NCBI GenBank assembly: GCA_025786725.1
Contig: JAHLTZ010000017.1
Coordinates: forward strand, 248,001-312,000
Direction of reading: 5' to 3'
Source of the DNA: Syncephalis fuscata S228
Lineage: Eukaryota; Fungi; Zoopagomycota
DNA: 64,000 bases
The translations under genes were made by a program, and so were the position numbers. The notes under the pieces are model-generated. The model made no database searches, was not told the DNA's origin, and worked only from the letters and a program-made list of their open reading frames with translations. Shown one piece after another: positions 1 to 13,641 of the stretch (the first letter of the stretch is position 1; each line of letters starts with the position of its first letter).

Positions 1-877
1 GTCAAAACTAACCAGCCAAAAAACGTCAGTTAGTTATTAATGTCTCTGCCATTTAGATTATATCTTGTTAGTTTGATTTATTTATAAAGCTTTAAGCTTG
101 TTATCTAATAATAAAACTGACAGGTAGCAGTTAAAGATATATTTTGAAGGTAATGATGTAATTTGGCATTGTCTACTGTCATTTAATGTCTTTTAATTTA
201 CGGCTTAAAATAAAAAATTACACATATAAAGAAAATAATAGCACTTTTGATTTGCTTAACAACATTGAAGTCTTAATCCAACAAGTATATAGTTCTCTTA
301 ACTATTATTGTGCAAAGCCATTGCAAATTGTCGGTCACTTTAAATCTTAATCATAAGTTATGGAAAGCTTATCAATGTACATTGGACTGGGTATGCTGTT
401 TGCTACTGTCACAGTATCAGTGGGCATATGTGGATTTCGTAGAACAAGACAAGTTCGCCCAGAAAGGGATGAGGATGTTGACCTTGATGAGGCTATTGGT
501 AGATGATTCCAGTCTAGCGTATAATGTTGCAACGTATAAACATTTATTAAAATGACATTTTTATTAAATGTTGCAAAAAATAAATTGAATACAGTTGTAT
601 TGTTTAAATTTAAATATCGTGGATTTAAATGGCCGTCTAGTTATGTATAGTATATTTGACCAATAATATTATATACAGTTTTACTGTTCAATTAATTTTA
701 TTAATAAAATCTGCGTTAATACATCAATATTCTAAATAGCAACACATCTGTGCAAAATGGTTATTTTAAATGTCAAATATATTTATACTTTTAATTAGTA
801 AGTAAATAAAGCATGTTAAGTTCTAAAGTTTTATTTAAAAAATTCAATGGCTAATAACGTCAAAGATAGGTAGATAT

Positions 878-2036
878 CTATAATTTCTTCGTTTCTATGG
901 GTTCATTCTTTTTGGCATCAATTTCGGCTAAGCTAAGGCGAAGTGCAGGAGTTGTTTGCAAACAAAGTTGCATTTCTTTTATAGCTTGTTTGTATGTCAA
1001 ATTATCTTTAAAATCATCATTTTGGGCTTTTTTAAAATCACCAGATAGAGCTTTTCTAAACGCCTTAAAGGAGCTTGATCTTCTTTTTTGAGAAGCCAGA
1101 ACTACTTTTACGTTCATTATAGGATTTATGCGGTTTTCAAGTATGTCCTTTCCAGTAAGAACATTGAAAATTGTAACGCCAAGAGCCCAGACGTCATGCT
1201 TGTCTTCATGTTCTGGATATTCATCAGAAAGACCTTCAGGTGGTACATATGCGGGAGCATGACTAAGCCCAGTTGTTAAAATGCGCTCTCCTTTGACATA
1301 AGACAAATCAAAATCAATGAGTGTAATCTGTGGCGGACTGGTAAGTCGAACCAGAATGTCTAGTACAATGGGATTATACATTAGTTAGTCAAATGTCAAT
1401 GTGTTATCGCAGCACAGTTTTTACTTACTATCTGGTTTGATATCACCATGCACAATTCCGGCGTGGTCATGAAGGAATCTTACTGCCTTTAATAACTGAC
1501 CAATGAGTGGTGCCAAAGTATCTCCATCGTAATTAATTCCATTCGAGCTGGCGTATTCCTTTAGCGTCACATCACCACCTAAAGACAAAACAAAACATTC
1601 AATGCCTTCGCGACTAAACGAATGTAGTCGCCGGACAATGTTATTGCCAACACCATATTTGTCTGGTTGTGCTGCTTCAATCAGCTAAGCGGCTCGTTAG
1701 TCAATCACACTCGTCTCAGCGGCAGCTTACCTCAAAAGCTTTGTTTTCGCGTCTAAAGGAGTCAGGTCTAGTTGGGCATTTAAGAAAGGCTGTTTCTTGA
1801 TTGTATTCCACGAAAGCCATTTTAACAGATCTTGGATTGCTGATCCATTTGGTGAATTTGATATTCTCTTGCTCAAATATAGCGATCAGTTTATTTATTG
1901 CAGTTTTTCCGACGATTGGATTTTTTGGTGCAACAAAGGTAGAACTTGGAGATAATGGTATTGTAATACTGGCCTGGCTGTAGGCAGTACAAAATATCCC
2001 AGCAGAAATGGCTATAGTGAAAGCTTTAACTAACAT
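878..2036 (-). CDS. Secreted Ser/Thr protein kinase (signal peptide + kinase domain), 3 exons
   Basis: Hydrophobic N-terminus MLVKAFTIAISAGIFCTAYSQA. GT-AG introns at 1685-1730 and 1360-1428. The spliced product has AFLKC (catalytic Lys), RRE (alphaC), HGDIKPDN, IDFD, YVPPE and DVWALG. Confidence 0.9.
1284..1522. repeat. 239-bp segment near-identical, in inverted orientation, to 9675-9913
   Basis: The reverse complement matches 9675-9913 with only 2 mismatches by eye, both in the intron. Confidence 0.92.
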
Positions 2037-3441
2037 TGTTTAATGCGCAGCACAAACGGTAACAAAAAGTAAAACGTGTATAGATAGATTGAAGTCAATG
2101 AATAAGGCGACTTTGTTACGAGTATAAGAGTGGATGTGAATAAAGATTTAGGTCGTAAAATGGTTAATTTTTTATTGTCGTCAAATATGTTGGTGCTTTT
2201 ATATTGCCTTGTATATCTTCGCTTGAACAAAAAACCAAACAAATATAGTAAATGTAACATCATGCAGTAGTCGCTGAAATTATCCGCTAATTAATGGCAA
2301 GCATGTGATTAGCTGTTTTAGTATTTAAACAAAGCATTTGTATATATCAAATAAAGAAATTAAGGATGTAAAGCTTGTTTATGTTGTAGAGATTGCTTGT
2401 ATTGATGTTTATTTGCATTCTTATCAATTACCTTATTTATCAGGTTGCACGCGTTCCCTATATCTTAATTTATATTTATTGAAATTGCAGATTACTTCCA
2501 AAATGCACTATTTAAATTAAATATAGAGCATGATTTAAATTTACTATTTATAAAAATATTTAAAATGGACAGGAAGATCTCTATGCACATCAATCGACGT
2601 GTTTAACTAATTTACATGCATAGTAATTAGTCTGTTCATTGTTGTTACTTTCAACATTTCTTTTTTTGCAAATGCAAATTTAAGTTTTAAAAATTAACGA
2701 TTAAATGGTGCTATATTTGTTTATAAATGCCAAGCTTTCTAAAATGCACAATCTATTATGCCAATGTTTCTTAAGAAAAAAAATTGAGTTTTAAAAATAA
2801 ATTGGCATTGAATTAAAGCCAATTCGGTGCACTGCATGTGATATATTTGCTTGTATTGATGTTTGTTTCAGATCAATAATAATAATCAACTATGCCTACC
2901 AGTTGTTAATTGGCATTTGAGCGTACATTGAAATACCACATTTTGACGTTTTAAAAACGTCATACTACAGTGGCCAATAGTAAGAAAAATAAGCAAAAGG
3001 ATATAGCTAGCTATTGTTTCATTATTGCAACGTAATTGATAGTCGATAGCAACAAATTGTCTAATAGCTATTGCACAAACTATATACTTTATGATTATGA
3101 ACAATGTTTTTATACTAGCATATTTGCTGAAAATGATACTGTAGTTTATTGTTGTTATTTATTAATACATAAAAAACAAATTGCAATGAATATCCTTCAG
3201 TGTAATTGGTACAGTTTATATTACTAATATATCAAGCCGTGTAAACAATCCAGTGTCAAAGCTTACTTGGCAATTTCATGTAGCTACAACAATATGCTCT
3301 AGCACTTGTTTTTTATTTAGCAATAATCTGTTTTACACTATTAAATCAAAGCCATTTACTATAGTCATTTAAATACAGTTGAATTACTAAGTATAATAAA
3401 AAATAGCACTATTTTACTGAATATTTCAAATAAACGCAGCC

Positions 3442-6228
3442 TTAAACAAACGCCTCGGGTGGAAGACTATTGGTGGCCTGTATTAACGTGATTAGTTCAG
3501 CAATGTCATCAGCGGTAAAGCAACACATTACCTTTGCTTGTTCAAATGCCCCTAATGCACGTTCAAATGACCATCCCATTTCTGCTAGGCATAAAGTGGC
3601 AAAATGCTCGTTAAGCCCAGTACGTTGTCGTAATTCAATCACCATGCCGCGTTGCTGTTCCTCATTCTAGTTTTAACAAATATTGGTGTTAACGCTATAA
3701 TATGCTAATAATAATAATAATACTCCTTACTGAAGGTGGAATGGGCGCTATAGCAGCAGGTGCTACTTTGGGCTGCCACGCACTTCCATCCGAGTGTAGA
3801 CGAAGTGTCCATGTATCGCTTAAAATGACACAAGGCCAGCCAGCCTTAGCATGCCTAATTAAAAGTATACAGATTAATTTCATATATATATGTGTGTGTA
3901 TGTGTGTGAATCATTAATTAAATCGATATTTACCTTGATTCTGGCAAAGCAGGTGCCACAAGAAAATGTCTATCAAATGACCGTATCGTTTTCCCATCAC
4001 CTGATTTTTACATTATTACTACACTAATAGAGTAATGTTGCTATAGTTACCTTCAGTAAATTCACCATGAACCATGATGGACATAACAATTGCCGATGGT
4101 TGACCAGGATATAGACCGGAATGCTGAATAGCATCAACTACGTATTTGTTTGGATTGCTCTGATCGTGTACCGTTGATGGCAAGCGTGTAAAAAACTCAA
4201 CAATCGACGCGTGTCCACGTACAAATAATTCGTTTCTCCGATCTATAAAGTACAGTAGCACATTGTTTGTAAATAAAATTGTTCTACCACTAAACTTACA
4301 TTGCACTTACTTTGTTTCTCAACTCGAATTAGATTACGACTTGATTTAATATAATCGTTCCAGTTCACGTTCCGAGAATTAGATCCCCGAGTTTCCATGG
4401 GCGGTGGTGTCATATTAACTGTAAGTGACATCACAGCATTTTCGTCATAAACATCATATAATGTCGCACGACTTTGATCAAATGTGGCGAGGAATCTATA
4501 TACTATGGTTACAAAATCTACTAGTTATACAGTATAGTTAGCCTTACCGTGCAAGAAATCCGGTAGCCGTATCGCGCGTAGCATCGCCGTCAAAGAGCCT
4601 GGCTGCACTGGAAGCGGCAGTGTAGCATCAACAACGGCTGATGCCATTTCCTTTAGATTGGCTTCAACGGGTGTTTGATCTAACATTTTAATCTGTGGAA
4701 AACGGCGAGCAATCTCACTATTGATTATATATATTCATTAACATACACCTGTACATACATATACATATATTTATGTTTAGTATTTGCATTACCTTCGATA
4801 GACGATGTCATTGCCAGCATGAGCAATCGCCTCTTCCCGCACAGGATTTCCAATTAACACTAGCTCGCGTAGCTGTTTTAATTTTCCATAGCCTTTCAAA
4901 TATTCAATTGACTTGTAGTCAGGCAGACGATTGTTTTGTAATGATAAATTTTGAAGATCTGGTAAATACTGGCAAATAGTAGAAATGGGCTGACATGAAG
5001 TCAATCGATTATCGGCCAGTGAGATTGATATCACCTGTATTGATTAATATGGTCAACATGATGATTACTGCTTTGTTAATCAACTAGTCTTCTAAAAGGT
5101 AGAAATAGGCTATTACGTACATCTGGAAACATTTCTTTGACCAATTTCATTAGTACTGGTCCTATTTGGCTATCTTTGCCAGCTTGGCCAATGGAATCAA
5201 TGCCTTGAGCCATTAGATGTGGATCCTGATACATTGATTCAAGGTTAAGAAACTGTGTGGCCGCTACATATCTTGGACGTAAAAAGGCTCTCAATGCATC
5301 CATAACATCAACGCCAGCCGTGGCAGCCTCCACTGGATTTTTATCGTGGGCCTTCTCAATTACCAGCTAAATCAACACATTATTATTAATTGTACGCTTT
5401 GTAGTGCTCAATGTTCATCACATACACTCTGTCCACTGAATCGACATCCACTCAAACCAATTAGTGCCAATGCCTGGGCCCGGTTGGGTACTTGAAAGAA
5501 TATTTGTTTACCACGATGTTGAATCTAAATGCGTGCAACGTTTTAGATCACCATATTTAATTACACACACACACACATATATATATTTACATTTGATACT
5601 GATAATGAAGTATTGCATTTTTTGCTTAAATAATCGATTAATGACGAGTGATTATCGTTTTGTACGCCTCTTATCTAATTGATTGTTAGATTACTAATCC
5701 GCCACACTGAGCTATCAATAAATCTCTTTACCATTATACGAACAGGTCCATTGGATTTACCACCTCCTAGTGCGTCTTTAAGATCTTCTTTAACTCGATT
5801 AGACGATCGATTTCCTCTTGAGTAGGGAGATCTACCATACCGATTATTACCAATAGTTTAGTAGATTGTACGGCTAACGTTGTTTGTACAAAACGCTGAC
5901 AACTAGGCTATAACACTGTTATACAAATAGCTTACCCTCTATTGGATGCATTCATCGAAAGATCGCCGTCTCGATCACCGCCTACTCTACGGCCCGTTTT
6001 TTTCTGAATGGCACCAGATCGACGCGTATTTGACGTGTTGGCAGAAGGACCGCCCAGTCTAGAAAGAATGTCTTGTTTGCGATCAGTCGCGGTGGCGACG
6101 CCGCCATTATTGCGATTTCTTTTGCCCCGTCCACCATCGTCTGAATGACCTCCGTCTTTCATTCCAGTAATACGGAATGACGTGCTACTGGTCCCTTTAG
6201 GAGATGGAGAGCGTCTGCGGCGACTCAT
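3442..6228 (-). CDS. MEX67: mRNA export factor Mex67/NXF1 (LRR, NTF2-like, TAP-C/UBA), multi-exon
   Basis: Arg/Gly-rich N-terminus, LRR segment [10 protein letters not shown]...[11 protein letters not shown]...[13 protein letters not shown]2-like [11 protein letters not shown]...[11 protein letters not shown]...[11 protein letters not shown], and C-terminal [30 protein letters not shown]...LPPEAF. Confidence 0.92.
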
Positions 6229-6367
6229 ACTGGCAGGCGATGTTGAATACAGTTAGCGCGGAAATCGATCTAAGAAAATGGTGAACCAAAGAGTTGGAGG
6301 GTTTACAATCAATATTTGCTTGTCCTTGACTTCTCCTCACCAATCCGACGATTCTTTCTCTTTTTCA

Positions 6368-8162
6368 ATGGCAACCAATACTGGTAATAATGCCAATCCA
6401 GTGGCAATAACAGCACAATGGCAATCAATTGTGCCGCAAGAAGAGAGAGACAAGTATATTCAGCAGCTGTAGGTAGCGATGGTATAGATTACACTATATT
6501 AGTTTACTCACTCGTTTTCATCCTGACTCATAAAGAACTAATTCGCTGACACTTCTTTCGAACGGTTTGGCCGAGGACCAAGTATGGCGTGTTGCCTCAG
6601 GCTTTGAGACCACTGCCTTTACTACGTCACTCACGAAGGTGTGTGTGCATTAATACGACAAATAGACATGTATAAAAGAACTACGTTTAATAATACTTTA
6701 TTTGCAGGAAGCGTATATCCAACGACTGGCCCAGAAATTAAATCTTATTAGGCAAAAGATCAAAAAAGCCACTGAAGCAAAAGGTAGCTACTATAGCAGT
6801 TTAATTATTATTATTATTATTGGTTATTGATTTCAATAGCTATAGGATCACCATCGTCTGCTACCGCTGGCAATGTTCCTTCGCCTAGTACGCAAGTAGA
6901 ACAAGTATTAGCTGCATCACCAGCCGCGACTGGTGCAACAAATGATATGGCAAAACTAGCACCACAAACGACTGCATCAACCGCCATTGCCGTTGAAATA
7001 CCGTCGGCTACTGCTCCTACAGGCAATGTGACTATACAGCCAGCACAGCCATCTGCAGCAAATATATCTCAGCTGTCAATGCAGCAGCCACCGCTTGCTA
7101 TCAATTCAAATGCACAAAATACATATGCGCAAGTTTATAAAACATTGTTGAGTCAACGACGTAAGCGGTTATCGTTGGACATAATAAACGATCTAGTATT
7201 AACTGCTAATTAATATGTAATAGCCAAGCCGCAAATTCTAACGAATCTTACACCCGAAGCAGATGCGGAAATTCGTGAGCAGGTAGGCTAAGATAAGTGG
7301 GATTTAATATTACAATGATGCTCATAGCAAATGGCCAATAATAGACACGACAAATGACACAAGTCTACCAGTCATTAGACTTGTTAATTCCACATTATAT
7401 TGCCACTACACAAACACCAATGGAAATTCCTCGTTTTATTAATATGGTATATTACTAATAACTTGATGTGGCTTTAGTAATTAATGATTAAATATATTGC
7501 TTTATGTATGTGCGTATATAGCAAATTCTACTACGAGAACATATGGAAGCTCAGCCAAAGCACACACTTACTTTGGAAACGTTACGGCAACTTCGTATTC
7601 TTTTACTGCGCTACATTGGACAAGTTCACCAGACAATTGCTCGCCAATGGGGACAGCCATCAGCACCTGATCTTACTGCCATAAGTGCGTTGAATAGTAA
7701 TAATAGCATTATTAGCAAAATCCCCGCAGTGGCCGCTACCGCGACTGGACGCCCTGTTACAGCTACACCTGTCATTAATCCAGCACCTACACGGACGACT
7801 CCGGCAGAACTAGATGCCGTCATGGAGGGTGTGATCAAGTCGCCGTTGGATCCAAAGAATCTCCGTTTACCCCCGCGTAAAAGTAAATCGACGACTGACC
7901 GCAAAGAGCGTGCAAATCCTGTCGATTATCTGGTTTCATTAATAAAACGGGCCGAAAAGAAGAGTGAGTGTACTAATGAGTTATAAAACTAATGGTTTTA
8001 AGTATTAATTTCCATTTAGGGCAATTGTCGAATCGTGTTGATACAATACCCAACAGCTGGCAAACAGCAAGCGATGGTATGACAGCAGAGCATCCGCTTT
8101 TTCTTGATACAACAACCATTGATTTGAGTTTGATTAACTATCCACAAGAGTATTCATTGTAG
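6368..8162 (+). CDS. Mediator Med15/Gal11-like KIX-domain protein, multi-exon
   Basis: Spliced N-terminus WQSIVPQEER..IQQL...ASGFETTAFTTSLTKEAYIQRLAQKL resembles the Med15-type KIX domain and is followed by an A/P/T/Q-rich region. The last exon ends in TAG at 8162. Confidence 0.65.
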
Positions 8163-8217
8163 CCTAATTTCTATTCCATTTCTCGTAATAATAAAGATAT
8201 TAAAATATTAAATATTA

Positions 8218-8709
8218 TTTAATGCCAACACAAAACTGAAACTAGTAAATATGTCATGTGCAATTGCCATTCATGTTTCGTCACAAGTTCATCTTGTATT
8301 GACTAATTTAGTTTCAAGCTAATCACCGAATAAACGGTTGTTTTAAATATCATAACAACGGGTTTGTACAAAGTATATATGGTATAAACAAAGAGGCTAG
8401 TTTAAAAATAATCAATACAAATAATTTAAATATTGCTTGAATATTCACTTTTCCGAAGAAAAGAATATCTATTTTTTTCAAAAACAAGTTAGCTTGGTTT
8501 ATAGAAATTATTACAATATTTACAGTAAAAAGCAGATTGTCATCCAACGTAATAAAACGTTTGATGTTTTAAATGCTTGCAATAATAGAGATACTAAACA
8601 CCCTACAGTATTTTTAATGCCAACACAAAGCTGAAACTAGTAAATATGCCATGTGCAATTGCCATTTATGTTTTGTCACAAGTTCATCTTGTATCGACTA
8701 ATTTGGTTT
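8218..8709 (+). repeat. Direct repeat pair of about 97 bp (8218-8314 and 8613-8709)
   Basis: TTTAATGCCAACACAAARCTGAAACTAGTAAATATG...GACTAATTTRGTTT occurs twice, with about 6 differences, all transitions. Confidence 0.85.
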
Positions 8710-9172
8710 TAAATCAACATGCGCCAGAATCACTAGGTGTAACAATACTTTGAATAGCGAAACAATAAGATACAAACATCAATACATTCGATAGCCAGGT
8801 TTCAGGTTCTGTCATAAATCAAGTTTAATACAAAGCAATTCAAATGCTACTACGAATAATAACAATAGTATGAAAGGCTAGCATTTAAATTTGCCAACCT
8901 GTTACAATGCGACAAGCATCAGCAAGTGCTTAACATTTTCTCCAGTAAATGTTTATTCCATTTTAGTCTATGTCGATGTGTATGCTAAAACTCGAGCCGC
9001 GTGACTTTTCGTCATGCTAATACATACACGAGTATAAATATGGCCTAAAGCGGCGCAGTTATCATGACATGAATAAGCCACTTGTGTTAAGAACCATTTA
9101 GTCCTATACTCAAACTCATACCATTGCCGTTACATTTTATAAACTATTTACAAATTTTTACTTTCATTAAAT

Positions 9173-10280
9173 ATGATAACAATATCTGGCGTAAAATTTA
9201 CTGCAATTGTTGCAGTTGGTATTTTATGTGCAACGCTTATACCCTTTTCCAGCGGTGCTCAAGTAGCTCAGTCACAAGCAGCCCATAAACATTTATCATT
9301 AGATGCTCTGAAAGCGGCATTTCTAGCCAAAGGAATTAAATTCAATGGCTGGATTTCGACTCCGAGAAGCGTTAAAATAGCTAATGTGCAATACAATGGC
9401 AAAGATGCTTTTCTTAAATGTCCAACTAGACTTGGCTCCATCCTACGTGAGGAACGAGCTTTTAAGGTAAGACGTCGTTGGAACAACTGCAATTGACTAA
9501 CGTGCCAATTAGCATATTGAAAAGGCACAGCCGGACAACTATGGCGTTGGCAATAACATTGTTAGACGACTTGGTGTGTTTAAAAATGCAGACCTTGATT
9601 GCTTTATTTTATCACATGGTGGCACAGTTACATTAGAAAGTTACGCCCATTCAAAAGAGGTTAATCATGATGGCGATACTTTGGCACCACTCATTGGTCA
9701 GTTATTAAAGGCAGTAAGATTCCTTCATGACCACGCCGGAATTGTGCATGGTGATATCAAACCAGATAGTAAGTAAAAACTGTGCTGTGATAACACATTG
9801 ACATTTGACCAACTAATGTATAATCCCATTGTACTAGACATTCTGGTTCGACTTACCAGTCCGCCACAGATTACACTCATTGATTTTGATTTGTCTTATG
9901 TCAAAGGAGAGCGTTTTAAAGAAACTCAATTAACTGAATATCGTGAATATATGGCACCTGAGCTTTTGTCTGGTACAGCCAATGATCGAGAGGATAGACA
10001 TGACGTTTGGGCACTTGGCATCACCATCTTCCATCTTCTTACTACGGAGCCTACAATTGGTAAAGCCACTGAGCTCGATAGAATACAAGCCATTGTCCGA
10101 AAAAATCAATTTAAGAGGTTGAGTAGTATGGATAAGCTCAAGTCTACAGCAAGTTTAGGCAATGTTAATCCGTTTTCACGTGCTGTAAGGGATATTACGA
10201 GACAGATGATTCTCTGTTTAACTTACAAATACCAAGACCGTCCCAGCTTGTCTGAAATTATTGGTGAAGAAAAGAAATAG
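9173..10280 (+). CDS. Secreted Ser/Thr protein kinase, paralogue of 878-2036, 3 exons
   Basis: Signal-like MITISGVKFTAIVAVGILCATLIPFSSGA. Introns 9467-9512 and 9769-9837 have the same positions and lengths (46, 69 nt) as in the paralogue. Motifs AFLKC, HGDIKPDN, IDFD, YMAPE, DVWALG. Confidence 0.9.
9675..9913. repeat. 239-bp segment near-identical, in inverted orientation, to 1284-1522
   Basis: Covers the end of exon 2, intron 2 and the start of exon 3; see 1284-1522. Confidence 0.92.
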
Positions 10281-12098
10281 CCACTTATCAGTGAATTTAA
10301 TAAACTAATGTGCAGCTATCTTTGATTATTTTACATGTGCATGTAGTTATATACATTTTGTTAATGCTGATGGCCACTACAGGGAGTTATTCATTAGCGA
10401 TGCATTAATGCGCCGCAATTATTTCTCTGCTTGCTTTATATCCTTTCCGTTATAGTATAGTGTACGATTTAATATTACTGTATAGTGAAATGACGTTTTA
10501 TCGAATGTAAACACAACAGTAAACCATGGATTGTATGTATTATTTGCAGTTAAAATGATAAAATGACTCATCTAACGAATGACTATAATTCTGAAACAAT
10601 AACCTGCCAACAGCTGGTTGTAGCAGTAATGATATAGCAAAGAATGGTGAAGCTGAGGCACATTGATTTATTTCAAAGTTATAGTTTTTACTGAAATCAT
10701 CCAATAGCAGTTTAGATTAGGTAATAATGCAACTAACGAGATCTGCTAAAACTAGATTATAAATTAATAAAATCAGACATTAATTCCGAATATCTGCTAA
10801 CATTGGATATTATAGGCTGATAGCATACCAAGCATTAGATTATTGTTTAGCAATAGTTTTCCAAATATATTTTCTATAAGTTTAATTTGCTCGGTTTTTG
10901 GCGCAGTGTGCTCATGATTTTGATCTCGGTAGTTACCGTCGTTTTTCTACCACTACAACAATAGGCGCCACCAAGGTCGTCTTAGTTGTGGTCGCAATTA
11001 TTGCCTTAGCCTTGATAGCCATTGCAGTTTCCGTTACCACTATGGTTATAGTTGTCACTAGGTTTGTAAACGCCGCTGAAATCGTCTTATCTTGGTCGTC
11101 ATCGTGGCCTTTACAATTTCGATAAATTTCTATTAATCATTGGTCCATACTGTCTATTGCGCATTACCACTCATAAAATATATTGATATATTGCAATCAT
11201 AGCATTTTTGATTTTGATTATAAATTCAAAATAAAACTGATATTTCGTAATAGAAAACAAGTACAAATAATTCTGTACAGTATCATCATCAAAAAATACC
11301 TTTGATATTTGCGTTTCAAGTGGGTTACGAATTGGAATAAGCCATCACATGGAATAGATATTAGTAGGACATGGATATCTGACTGAATGTATTGGTTGTA
11401 ACTGGTATTTGTTACAACAACAAACAATTTGACAACAGGTTTATTGTTTCGCTAGCATTATCTAACAAAAAGCTGTTTTCGTTTAGATTGCTAATAATGG
11501 AGCTATGCTAAAGATTGGTTAAAATATTGTTTCTTTCTTTTGCTTTAGTTGGTTTTGATTATTACCTTTAATAATAATTACATTATCAATATCCTAATTG
11601 GTATGTATAATTAGACTAAACAAAAAAATGTCTGATTAGACATACTATATTGGTATTTAATTGTTACAATGGCACGAATCAGTTTATTTTTATATAGTAA
11701 TTTTTACTCCGTCCGGGACAAAAGGTTCGTCGTAGAAGCACTTTTACTATTTGCCTACAATTCGGACTTTTAAAATTGTCTATTGAAATTCTGGCTAGTC
11801 ACCTTCCCATAGGCTATAGTGTGTATATAGAAATATAGCACGTTTTATTTTAACTCCATGCTATTTTATCCAAAAATGGATTCAAACTAAAAAATTGCAC
11901 CCACATTTCTAAATTGAGCTGAACAGCAACAGGAGTTCAGTTTATGCCAATTTATTGAATTTATTATTTAAGTCGCCGGATTTTATACTTTTATCTACAA
12001 TTGAATTACACTTCCATTCTCCAATCGTCTTACGCTTTCATCGATTTTATAAATACAGTAGAACCTATTTTCACTTTATCAAGTACACAACATTTATT

Positions 12099-13104
12099 AT
12101 GCTTTTCAAAGACAATTTTAAGATCATTGCAGTTGCCTGGGTATTGACTACTCTTGCCAGCCTGGACTATACAAACGCATCGCCAGCCAGATTGACTGCT
12201 CGTGCAGGTATGTAGACAACAATTCAATATGGAAAATCTAACTGCTTTTAACTTTGTGCACTGGACTACCAAAAGACCAAACTCCAATTGTTGAGCCATT
12301 ATTTTACGGCAAAGCTCCTGCCCGTCTTGTATGTGAAGGCAACAAAAATCCAACGCCAGAGTACTTAGAGGAGCTCGAGTTCTACAAAAGCTTCTTCGAC
12401 CCAGAAAAAAAGAGCAAAAAACTTAGTGTAGAAGGCTACAATCCATCCCTTCAAGATCCTGAAGGAATTACACGCTTGAACCGTCCTTGGAAAGTCATTA
12501 GTAATAATGAAGTCCAATGCTATGTGCTACCGGCCAGATGCCAGTACACGCTGCAATATTACATCAGCAAACTTGACAAATCTTTGTTGCCTGATTTTTT
12601 GAGTCATCTTTTTCAAGACATGGCACGCGGTATGTATAAACAAAAGAATATATATTGCTTAATACTTACCTAATTTGTAGCTGTGGCCTATTTGAACTGG
12701 ACAGGAAAGGCTTATGGAAGCTTCAATCTCCAGAATAATGGTAAGTGCCTATGCATAATTACAAATAACCCAACCCAACTAAGTATTTTATTTATATAGC
12801 TATCTGTATTAATATGGATAAAACAAATAAGCCAATGATACTGCTTAACCATTTGGAAAACGCCATACCAATTACATCCAATGAACTCAGCGTTGATCTG
12901 AAGAACATTGGAGAAGCATTGGGTAATATTGTGAAAACTGTTTATCCTAACGGATTAAAGGATATAGAAAACGTGCCTTTCAAGAACAAAAATGCCGCTG
13001 AAAGCACTGTAGACATGCTTCTCGCTACTCCTCTTATGATAGCTGAGAACAAGTATTTCTTTAAATCTCCTCAGGAAATCGCAGTACATGTTAGCAAAAA
13101 ATAA
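12099..13104 (+). CDS. Secreted kinase-fold protein, probable pseudokinase, 4 exons
   Basis: Signal peptide MLFKDNFKIIAVAWVLTTLASLDYTNA. Phase-consistent introns at 12208-12275, 12630-12680 and 12741-12799. CYVLP..TLQYY..LFQDMARAVAYLNWTGKAYGSFNLQNNAICI..PMILLNHLE follows the spacing of kinase subdomains V-VII but lacks the HxD and DFG aspartates. Confidence 0.6.
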
Positions 13105-13641
13105 AAATTAATGATTAGTTTTAATGACATAAACAAAGGATTCAATACATGATTTGACTATTAAGCAGTGCTATAGCGAATGATAATGATTCTACTGTTT
13201 GTATCACAGTTATTGATAACATAGAAATGTATACACGAGCGATGATTGGTGACAATGGTTTTATTGTACAACACTTAATATTGCTATTCTATCATTATCT
13301 ATTCTCTTAATATTACTATTATTACTATTGCTGTGTCTATAATGTTGGGGTAAAACTTATTGGCCATTTTCTACGATAAAAGGCGCGCACATCCATATCG
13401 TCCTACTTGCTACGTCACCCCTTTCTCTCGCTCTTTCTTGTCTTTCAAACCAACTATTCTCTCTGTGTGCTTGTTTATATTATTGTCTGCTGTCTTTGCA
13501 CATTTCCACCTATTCTTTCATATCCAACAGTAGTAGTAGTAGTAGTACTATTATAGTAGTATTAAAGTAGGTTGAACTAGACGCAAGGCTAGATTGTCAT
13601 ATTTATTGATCATCTCGATTATATACTCTTCCCTCTGCAGT

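Noticed and set aside
310-555. Short ORF with WAYVDF (RNP1-like)
   Set aside because: No ATG start or splice structure and no further RRM or retroelement motifs; at most a decayed fragment.
10880-11125. GC-richer patch; a minus-strand frame reads like a Gly/Asn/Asp-rich peptide, and the plus-strand ORF is hydrophobic
   Set aside because: Internal stops, no start context and no recognisable homology. It may be a relic, but it cannot be supported.
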